Of a stretch of DNA of 64,000 nucleotides, positions 1 through 10,614 are shown piece by piece. Every line of letters begins with the position of its first letter. Position 1 is the stretch's first letter. Both the position numbers and the translations under genes were made by a program. The stretch is taken from NCBI GenBank assembly GCA_964057225.1, contig OZ059895.1, forward strand, positions 3,162,001 through 3,226,000, given 5' to 3'. The notes beneath the pieces were generated by a model. The model saw only the letters and a program-made list of their open reading frames with translations. It made no database searches and was not told the origin of the DNA. This DNA comes from Auanema rhodensis. Taxonomy: Eukaryota; Animalia; Nematoda.

Positions 1-294
1 CTAGTAAAACATGCCCTTCAAAGCATCAGAACATGTGATCAAATTCCAATTTTTTTGTATCTATCTTGTAAAGATAGTAATATATCATATGTTGAACACT
101 ATGTTGGAAAGATTTTCATTCAGATTTTTTAATTTTTATTCAGTTTGTTTTTTAAACTTTGATTAAGAACTTTGATTTTTGTACACCCATAAATTATACG
201 CAGCACAGGTTACCCTTAAATAATGAACTGACCGACTAATCAGACATGGATCTTTCCTAGTTCTGTTGCTTGAATGGATGTTTTCCTACGTAGG
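1..294 (+). repeat. Representative 294 bp monomer (arbitrary phase)
   Basis: Distance between successive CTAGTAAAAC anchors (1 to 295 to 589). Confidence 0.99.
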
Positions 295-326
295 CTAGTA
301 AAACATGCCCTTCAAAGCATCAGAAC
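260..326. other. Imperfect inverted repeat (29 nt and 31 nt arms, 7 nt spacer), present once per monomer
   Basis: Left arm 260-288 is GTTCTGTTGCTTGAATGGATGTTTTCCTA. The reverse complement of right arm 296-326 is GTTCTGATGCTTTGAAGGGCATGTTTTACTA. They give 26 matches, 3 mismatches and 2 single-base indels. Confidence 0.9.
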
Positions 327-1764
327 ATGTGATCAAATTCCAATTTTTTTGTATCTATCTTGTAAAGATAGTAATATATCATATGTTGAACACTATGTTG
401 GAAAGATTTTAATTCAGATTTTCTAACTTTTATTCAGTTTGTTTTTTCAACTTTGATTAAGAACTTTGATTTTTGTACACCCATAAATTATACGCAGCAC
501 AGGTTACCCTTAAATAATGAACTGACCGACTAATCAGACATGGATCTTTCCAAGTTCTGTTGCTTGAACGGATGTTTTCCTACGTAGGCTAGTAAAACAT
601 GCCCTTCAAAGCATCAGAACATGTGATCACATTCCAATATTTTTGTATCTATCTTGTAAAGATAGTAATATATCATATGTTGAACACTATGTTGGAAAGA
701 TTTTAATTCAGATTTTCGAACTTTTATTCTGTTTGTTTTTTAAACTTTGATTAAGAACTTTGATTTTTGTACACCCATAAGTTATACGCAGCACAGGTTA
801 CCCTTAATTAATGAACTGACCGACTAATCAGACATGGATCTTTCCAAGTTCTGTTGCTTGAACGGATGTTTTCCTACGAAGGCTAGTAAAACATGCCCTT
901 CAAAGCATCAGAACATGTGATCAAATTCCAATTTTTTTGTATCTATCTTGTAAAGATAGTAATATATCATATGTTGAACACTATGTTGGAAAGATTTTCA
1001 TTCAGATTTTTTAATTTTTATTCAGTTTGTTTTTTAAACTTTGATTAAGAACTTTGATTTTTGTACACCCATAAATTATACGCAGCACAGGTTACCCTTA
1101 AATAATGAACTGACCGACTAATCAGACATGGATCTTTCCAAGTTCTGTTGCTTGAACGGATGTTTTCCTACGTAGGCTAGTAAAACATGCCCTTCAAAGC
1201 ATCAGAACATGTGATCACATTCCAATATTTTTGTATCTATCTTGTAAAGATAGTAATATATCATATGTTGAACACTATGTTGGAAAAATTTTAATTCAGA
1301 TTTTCTAACTTTTATTCAGTTTGTTTTTTAAACTTTGATTAAGAACTTTGATTTTTGTACACCCATAAATTATACGCAGCACAGGTTACCCTTAAATAAT
1401 GAACTGACCGACTAATCAGACATGGATCTTTCCTAGTTCTGTTGCTTGAATGGATGTTTTCCTACGTAGGCTAGTAAAACATGCCCTTCAAAGCATCAGA
1501 ACATGTGATCAAATTCCAATTTTTTTGTATCTATCTTGTAAAGATAGTAATATATCATATGTTGAACACTATGTTGGAAAGATTTTAATTCAGATTTTCG
1601 AACTTTTATTCTGTTTGTTTTTTAAACTTTGATTAAGAACTTTGATTTTTGTACACCCATAAGTTATACGCAGCACAGGTTACCCTTAATTAATGAACTG
1701 ACCGACTAATCAGACATGGATCTTTCCAAGTTCTGTTGCTTGAACGGATGTTTTCCTACGAAGG

Positions 1765-2059
1765 CTAGTAAAACATGCCCTTCAAAGCATCAGAACATGT
1801 GATCAAATTCCAATTTTTTTGTATCTATCTTGTAAAGATAGTAATATATCATATGTTGAACACTATGTTGGAAAGATTTTAATTCAGATTTTTTCAACTT
1901 TCACTCAGTTTGTTTTCTAAACTTTGATTAAGAACTTTGATTTTTGTACACCCATAAATTATACGCAGCACAGGTTACCCTTAAATAATGAACTGACCGA
2001 CTAATCAGACATGGATCTTTCCTAGTTCTGTTGCTTGAATGGATGTTTTCCTACGTAGG
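1765..2059 (+). repeat. Isolated 295 bp monomer variant (TTTTTTCAACTTTCACTCAG...TTTTCTAAAC type)
   Basis: Anchors at 1765 and 2060. It carries the multi-SNP tract otherwise seen only beyond about 26 kb. Confidence 0.9.
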
Positions 2060-5000
2060 CTAGTAAAACATGCCCTTCAAAGCATCAGAACATGTGATCA
2101 AATTCCAATTTTTTTGTATCTATCTTGTAAAGATAGTAATATATCATATGTTGAACACTATGTTGGAAAGATTTTCATTCAGATTTTTTAATTTTTATTC
2201 AGTTTGTTTTTTAAACTTTGATTAAGAACTTTGATTTTTGTACACCCATAAATTATACGCAGCACAGGTTACCCTTAAATAATGAACTGACCGACTAATC
2301 AGACATGGATCTTTCCAAGTTCTGTTGCTTGAACGGATGTTTTCCTACGTAGGCTAGTAAAACATGCCCTTCAAAGCATCAGAACATGTGATCAAATTCC
2401 AATTTTTTTGTATCTATCTTGTAAAGATAGTAATATATCATATGTTGAACACTATGTTGGAAAGATTTTCATTCAGATTTTTTAATTTTTATTCAGTTTG
2501 TTTTTTAAACTTTGATTAAGAACTTTGATTTTTGTACACCCATAAATTATACGCAGCACAGGTTACCCTTAAATAATGAACTGACCGACTAATCAGACAT
2601 GGATCTTTCCTAGTTCTGTTGCTTGAATGGATGTTTTCCTACGTAGGCTAGTAAAACATGCCCTTCAAAGCATCAGAACATGTGATCAAATTCCAATTTT
2701 TTTGTATCTATCTTGTAAAGATAGTAATATATCATATGTTGAACACTATGTTGGAAAGATTTTCATTCAGATTTTTTAATTTTTATTCAGTTTGTTTTTT
2801 AAACTTTGATTAAGAACTTTGATTTTTGTACACCCATAAATTATACGCAGCACAGGTTACCCTTAAATAATGAACTGACCGACTAATCAGACATGGATCT
2901 TTCCAAGTTCTGTTGCTTGAACGGATGTTTTCCTACGTAGGCTAGTAAAACATGCCCTTCAAAGCATCAGAACATGTGATCAAATTCCAATTTTTTTGTA
3001 TCTATCTTGTAAAAATAGTAATATATCATATGTTGAACACTATGTTGGAAAGATTTTCATTCAGATTTTTTAATTTTTATTTAGTTTGTTTTTTAAACTT
3101 TGATTAAGAACTTTGATTTTTGTACCCCCATAAATTATACGCAGCACAGGTTACCCTTAAATAATGAACTGACCGACTAATCAGACATGGATCTTTCCTA
3201 GTTCTGTTGCTTGAATGGATGTTTTCCTACGTAGGCTAGTAAAACATGCCCTTCAAAGCATCAGAACATGTGATCAAATTCCAATTTTTTTGTATCTATC
3301 TTGTAAAGATAGTAATATATCATATGTTGAACACTATGTTGGAAAGATTTTCATTCAGATTTTTTAATTTTTATTCAGTTTGTTTTTTAAACTTTGATTA
3401 AGAACTTTGATTTTTGTACACCCATAAATTATACGCAGCACAGGTTACCCTTAATTAATGAACTGACCGACTAATCAGACATGGATCTTTCCAAGTTCTG
3501 TTGCTTGAACGGATGTTTTCCTACGAAGGCTAGTAAAACATGCCCTTCAAAGCATCAGAACATGTGATCAAATTCCAATTTTTTTGTATCTATCTTGTAA
3601 AGATAGTAATATATCATATGTTGAACACTATGTTGGAAAGATTTTCATTCAGATTTTTTAATTTTTATTCTGTTTGTTTTTTAAACTTTGATTAAGAACT
3701 TTGATTTTTGTACACCCCTAAGTTATACGCAGCACAGGTTACCCTTAATTAATGAACTGACCGACTAATCAGACATGAATCTTTCCAAGTTCTGTTGCTT
3801 GAACGGATGTTTTCCTACGAAGGCTAGTAAAACATGCCCTTCAAAGCATCAGAACATGTGATCAAATTCCAATTTTTTTGTATCTATCTTGTAAAGATAG
3901 TAATATATCATATGTTGAACACTATGTTGGAAAGATTTTCATTCAGATTTTTTAATTTTTATTCAGTTTGTTTTTTAAACTTTGATTAAGAACTTTGATT
4001 TTTGTACACCCATAAATTATACGCAGCACAGGTTACCCTTAAATAATGAACTGACCGACTAATCAGACATGGATCTTTCCTAGTTCTGTTGCTTGAATGG
4101 ATGTTTTCCTACGTAGGCTAGTAAAACATGCCCTTCAAAGCATCAGAACATGTGATCAAATTCCAATTTTTTTGTATCTATCTTGTAAAGATAGTAATAT
4201 ATCATATGTTGAACACTATGTTGGAAAGATTTTCATTCAGATTTTTTAATTTTTATTCAGTTTGTTTTTTAAACTTTGATTAAGAACTTTGATTTTTGTA
4301 CACCCATAAATTATACGCAGCACAGGTTACCCTTAAATAATGAACTGACCGACTAATCAGACATGGATCTTTCCTAGTTCTGTTGCTTGAATGGATGTTT
4401 TCCTACGTAGGCTAGTAAAACATGCCCTTCAAAGCATCAGAACATGTGATCAAATTCCAATTTTTTTGTATCTATCTTGTAAAGATAGTAATATATCATA
4501 TGTTGAACACTATGTTGGAAAGATTTTCATTCAGATTTTTTAATTTTTATTCAGTTTGTTTTTTAAACTTTGATTAAGAACTTTGATTTTTGTACACCCA
4601 TAAATTATACGCAGCACAGGTTACCCTTAAATAATGAACTGACCGACTAATCAGACATGGATCTTTCCTAGTTCTGTTGCTTGAATGGATGTTTTCCTAC
4701 GTAGGCTAGTAAAACATGCCCTTCAAAGCATCAGAACATGTGATCACATTCCAATATTTTTGTATCTATCTTGTAAAGATAGTAATATATCATATGTTGA
4801 ACACTATGTTGGAAAGATTTTAATTCAGATTTTCTAACTTTTATTCAGTTTGTTTTTTAAACTTTGATTAAGAACTTTGATTTTTGTACACCCATAAATT
4901 ATACGCAGCACAGGTTACCCTTAAATAATGAACTGACCGACTAATCAGACATGGATCTTTCCAAGTTCTGTTGCTTGAACGGATGTTTTCCTACGTAGGC

Positions 5001-5449
5001 TAGTAAAACATGCCCTTCAAAGCATCAGAACATGTGATCACATTCCAATATTTTTGTATCTATCTTGTAAAGATAGTAATATATCATATGTTGAACACTA
5101 TGTTGGAAAGATTTTAATTCAGATTTTCTAACTTTTATTCAGTTTGTTTTTTAAACTTTGATTAAGAACTTTGATTTTTGTACACCCATAAATTATACGC
5201 AGCACAGGTTACCCTTAATTAATGAACTGACCGACTAATCAGACATGGATCTTTCCAAGTTCTGTTGCTTGAACGGATGTTTTCCTACGAAGGCTAGTAA
5301 AACATGCCCTTCAAAGCATCAGAACATGTGATCACATTCCAATATTTTTGTATCTATCTTGTAAAGATAGTAATATATCATATGTTGAACACTATGTTGG
5401 AAAGATTTTAATTCAGATTTTCTAACTTTTATTCAGTTTGTTTTTTAAA

Positions 5450-7020
5450 CTTCGATTAAGAACTTTGATTTTTGTACACCCATAAATTATACGCAGCACA
5501 GGTTACCCTTAAATATTGAACTGACCGACTAATCAGACATGGATCTTTCCTAGTTCTGTTGCTTGAATGGATGTTTTCCTACGTAGGCTAGTAAAACATG
5601 CCCTTCAAAGCATCAGAACATGTGATCACATTCCAATTTTTTTGAAATCTATCTTGTAAAGATAGTAATAAACTTTGATTTTTGTACACCCATAAATTAT
5701 ACGCAGCACAGGTTACCCTTAAATAATGAACTGACCGACTAATCAGACATGGATCTTTCCTAGTTCTGTTGCTTGAATGGATGTTTTCCTACGTAGGCTA
5801 GTAAAACATGCCCTTCAAAGCATCAGAACATGTGATCACATTCCAATTTTTTTGTATCTTTCTTGTAAAGATAGTAATATATCATATGTTGAACACTATG
5901 TTGGAAAGATTTTCATTCAGATTTTTTAATTTTTATTCAGTTTGTTTTTTAAACTTTGATTAAGAACTTTGATTTTTGTACACCCATAAATTATACGCAG
6001 CACAGGTTACCCTTAATTAATGAACTGACCGACTAATCAGACATGGATCTTTCCAAGTTCTGTTGCTTGAACGGATGTTTTCCTACGAAGGCTAGTAAAA
6101 CATGCCCTTCAAAGCATCAGAACATGTGATCAAATTCCAATTTTTTTGTATCTATCTTGTAAAGATAGTAATATATCATATGTTGAACACTATGTTGGAA
6201 AGATTTTCATTCAGATTTTTTAATTTTTATTCAGTTTGTTTTTTAAACTTCGATTAAGAACTTTGATTTTTGTACACCCATAAATTATACGCAGCACAGG
6301 TTACCCTTAAATATTGAACTGACCGACTAATCAGACATGGATCTTTCCTAGTTCTGTTGCTTGAATGGATGTTTTCCTACGTAGGCTAGTAAAACATGCC
6401 CTTCAAAGCATCAGAACATGTGATCACATTCCAATTTTTTTGAAATCTATCTTGTAAAGATAGTAATAAACTTTGATTTTTGTACACCCATAAATTATAC
6501 GCAGCACAGGTTACCCTTAAATAATGAACTGACCGACTAATCAGACATGGATCTTTCCTAGTTCTGTTGCTTGAATGGATGTTTTCCTACGTAGGCTAGT
6601 AAAACATGCCCTTCAAAGCATCAGAACATGTGATCACATTCCAATTTTTTTGTATCTTTCTTGTAAAGATAGTAATATATCATATGTTGAACACTATGTT
6701 GGAAAGATTTTCATTCAGATTTTTTAATTTTTATTCAGTTTGTTTTTTAAACTTTGATTAAGAACTTTGATTTTTGTACACCCATAAATTATACGCAGCA
6801 CAGGTTACCCTTAATTAATGAACTGACCGACTAATCAGACATGGATCTTTCCAAGTTCTGTTGCTTGAACGGATGTTTTCCTACGAAGGCTAGTAAAACA
6901 TGCCCTTCAAAGCATCAGAACATGTGATCAAATTCCAATTTTTTTGTATCTATCTTGTAAAGATAGTAATATATCATATGTTGAACACTATGTTGGAAAG
7001 ATTTTCATTCAGATTTTTTA
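5450..7020 (+). repeat. 798 bp (210+294+294) local duplication
   Basis: The private allele AAATATTGAA occurs at 5511 and 6309. The 210 bp monomers start at 5588 and 6386. Boundaries are approximate. Confidence 0.85.
5588..5797 (+). repeat. First 210 bp deletion monomer (85 bp deletion plus 1 bp GAAATC insertion)
   Basis: Anchors at 5588 and 5798. Junction GATAGTAATA|AACTTTGATTTTTG lacks monomer positions 83-167. TGTATC is replaced by TGAAATC. Confidence 0.97.
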
Positions 7021-10000
7021 ATTTTTATTCTGTTTGTTTTTTAAACTTTGATTAAGAACTTTGATTTTTGTACACCCATAAGTTATACGCAGCACAGGTT
7101 ACCCTTAATTAATGAACTGACCGACTAATCAGACATGGATCTTTCCAAGTTCTGTTGCTTGAACGGATGTTTTCCTACGAAGGCTAGTAAAACATGCCCT
7201 TCAAAGCATCAGAACATGTGATCAAATTCCAATTTTTTTGTATCTATCTTGTAAAGATAGTAATATATCATATGTTGAACACTATGTTGGAAAGATTTTC
7301 ATTCAGATTTTTTAATTTTTATTCAGTTTGTTTTTTAAACTTTGATTAAGAACTTTGATTTCTGTACACCCATAAATTATACGCAGCACAGGTTACCCTT
7401 AAATAATGAACTGACCGACTAATCAGACATGGATCTTTCCTAGTTCTGTTGCTTGAATGGATGTTTTCCTACGTAGGCTAGTAAAACATGCCCTTCAAAG
7501 CATCAGAACATGTGATCAAATTCCAATTTTTTTGTATCTATCTTGTAAAGATAGTAATATATCATATGTTGAACACTATGTTGGAAAGATTTTCATTCAG
7601 ATTTTTTAATTTTTATTCAGTTTGTTTTTTAAACTTTGATTAAGAACTTTGATTTTTGTACACCCATAAATTATACGCAGCACAGGTTACCCTTAAATAA
7701 TGAACTGACCGACTAATCAGACATGGATCTTTCCTAGTTCTGTTGCTTGAATGGATGTTTTCCTACGTAGGCTAGTAAAACATGCCCTTCAAAGCATCAG
7801 AACATGTGATCACATTCCAATATTTTTGTATCTATCTTGTAAAGATAGTAATATATCATATGTTGAACACTATGTTGGAAAGATTTTAATTCAGATTTTC
7901 TAACTTTTATTCAGTTTGTTTTTTAAACTTTGATTAAGAACTTTGATTTTTGTACACCCATAAATTATACGCAGCACAGGTTACCCTTAAATAATGAACT
8001 GACCAACTAATCAGACATGGATCTTTCCTAGTTCTGTTGCTTGAATGGATGTTTTCCTACGTAGGCTAGTAAAACATGCCCTTCAAAGCATCAGAACATG
8101 TGATCAAATTCCAATTTTTTTGTATCTATCTTGTAAAGATAGTAATATATCATATGTTGAACACTATGTTGGAAAGATTTTAATTCAGATTTTCGAACTT
8201 TTATTCTGTTTGTTTTTTAAACTTTGATTAAGAACTTTGATTTTTGTACACCCATGAGTTATACGCAGCACAGGTTACCCTTAATTAATGAACTGACCGA
8301 CTAATCAGACATGGATCTTTCCAAGTTCTGTTGCTTGAACGGATGTTTTCCTACGAAGGCTAGTAAAACATGCCCTTCAAAGCATCAGAACATGTGATCA
8401 AATTCCAATTTTTTTGTATCTATCTTGTAAAGATAGTAATATATCATATGTTGAACACTATGTTGGAAAGATTTTCATTCAGATTTTTTAATTTTTATTC
8501 AGTTTGTTTTTTAAACTTTGATTAAGAACTTTGATTTTTGTACACCCATAAATTATACGCAGCACAGGTTACCCTTAAATAATGAACTGACCGACTAATC
8601 AGACATGGATCTTTCCTAGTTCTGTTGCTTGAATGGATGTTTTCCTACGTAGGCTAGTAAAACATGCCCTTCAAAGCATCAGAACATGTGATCAAATTCC
8701 AATTTTTTTGTATCTATCTTGTAAAGATAGTAATATATCATATGTTGAACACTATGTTGGAAAGATTTTCATTCAGATTTTTTAATTTTTATTCAGTTTG
8801 TTTTTTAAACTTTGATTAAGAACTTTGATTTTTGTACACCCATAAATTATACGCAGCACAGGTTACCCTTAAATAATGAACTGACCGACTAATCAGACAT
8901 GGATCTTTCCAAGTTCTGTTGCTTGAACGGATGTTTTCCTACGTAGGCTAGTAAAACATGCCCTTCAAAGCATCAGAACATGTGATCACATTCCAATATT
9001 TTTGTATCTATCTTGTAAAGATAGTAATATATCATATGTTGAACACTATGTTGGAAAGATTTTAATTCAGATTTTCTAACTTTTATTCAGTTTGTTTTTT
9101 AAACTTTGATTAAGAACTTTGATTTTTGTACACCCATAAATTATACGCAGCACAGGTTACCCTTGAATAATGAACTGACCAACTAATCAGACATGGATCT
9201 TTCCTAGTTCTGTTGCTTGAATGGATGTTTTCCTACGTAGGCTAGTAAAACATGCCCTTCAAAGCATCAGAACATGTGATCAAATTCCAATTTTTTTGTA
9301 TCTATCTTGTAAAGATAGTAATATATCATATGTTGAACACTATGTTGGAAAGATTTTAATTCAGATTTTCGAACTTTTATTCAGTTTGTTTTTTAAACTT
9401 TGATTAAGAACTTTGATTTTTGTACACCCATAAATTATACGCAGCACAGGTTACCCTTAATTAATGAACTGACCGACTAATCAGACATGGATCTTTCCAA
9501 GTTCTGTTGCTTGAACGGATGTTTTCCTACGAAGGCTAGTAAAACATGCCCTTCAAAGCATCAGAACATGTGATCACATTCCAATATTTTTGTATCTATC
9601 TTGTAAAGATAGTAATATATCATATGTTAAACACTATGTTGGAAAGATTTTAATTCAGATTTTCTAACTTTTATTCAGTTTGTTTTTTAAACTTCGATTA
9701 AGAACTTTGATTTTTGTACACCCATAAATTATACGCAGCACAGGTTACCCTTAAATAATGAACTGACCGACTAATCAGACATGGATCTTTCCTAGTTCTG
9801 TTGCTTGAATGGATGTTTTCCTACGTAGGCTAGTAAAACATGCCCTTCAAAGCATCAGAACATGTGATCACATTCCAATTTTTTTGAAATCTATCTTGTA
9901 AAGATAGTAATAAACTTTGATTTTTGTACACCCATAAATTATACGCAGCACAGGTTACCCTTAAATAATGAACTGACCGACTAATCAGACATGGATCTTT

Positions 10001-10333
10001 CTTAGTTCTGTTGCTTGAATGGATGTTTTCCTACGTAGGCTAGTAAAACATGCCCTTCAAAGCATCAGAACATGTGATCACATTCCAATTTTTTTGTATC
10101 TTTCTTGTAAAGATAGTAATATATCATATGTTGAACACTATGTTGGAAAGATTTTAATTCAGATTTTCGAACTTTTATTCAGTTTGTTTTTTAAACTTTG
10201 ATTAAGAACTTTGATTTTTGTACACCCATGAATTATACGCAGCACAGGTTACCCTTAATTAATGAACTGACCGACTAATCAGACATGGATCTTTCCAAGT
10301 TCTGTTGCTTGAACGGATGTTTTCCTACGAAGG

Positions 10334-10614
10334 CTAGTAAAACATGCCCTTCAAAGCATCAGAACATGTGATCACATTCCAATATTTTTGTATCTATCTT
10401 GTAAAGATAGTAATATATCATATGTTGAACACTATGTTGGAAAGATTTTAATTCAGATTTTCTAACTTTTATTCAGTTTGTTTTTTAAACTTTGATTTTT
10501 GTACACCCATAAATTATACGCAGCACAGGTTACCCTTAAATAATGAACTGACCGACTAATCAGACATGGATCTTTCCTAGTTCTGTTGCTTGAATGGATG
10601 TTTTCCTACGTAGG
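10334..10614 (+). repeat. Single 281 bp monomer (13 bp collapse of the AACTTTGATT direct repeat)
   Basis: Anchors at 10334 and 10615. It reads TTAAACTTTGATTTTTG instead of TTAAACTTTGATTAAGAACTTTGATTTTTG. Confidence 0.92.

Noticed and set aside
99-115. CENP-B box-like motif CTATGTTGGAAAGATTT
   Set aside because: It matches 10 of 17 positions of CTTCGTTGGAAACGGGA but lacks the essential TTCG and CGGG, and it is deleted in the short monomers.
1-294. Tandem 5S rRNA, tRNA or snRNA gene unit
   Set aside because: No recognisable conserved sequence, Pol III boxes or cloverleaf.
1-294. 294 bp monomer as a dimer of two 147 bp subunits
   Set aside because: The halves show no convincing alignment by eye, and internal repeats occur at other offsets.
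228-326. Satellite-encoded hammerhead ribozyme (CTGACCGA on +, CTGATGC and CTGATTA on -)
   Set aside because: There is no exact CUGANGA core followed by stem II and GAAA on either strand. An Infernal/Rfam scan would be the definitive test.
621-632. Bacterial CRP-like site TGTGATCACA
   Set aside because: It lacks the 6 bp spacer of TGTGA-N6-TCACA and there is no promoter or gene context.
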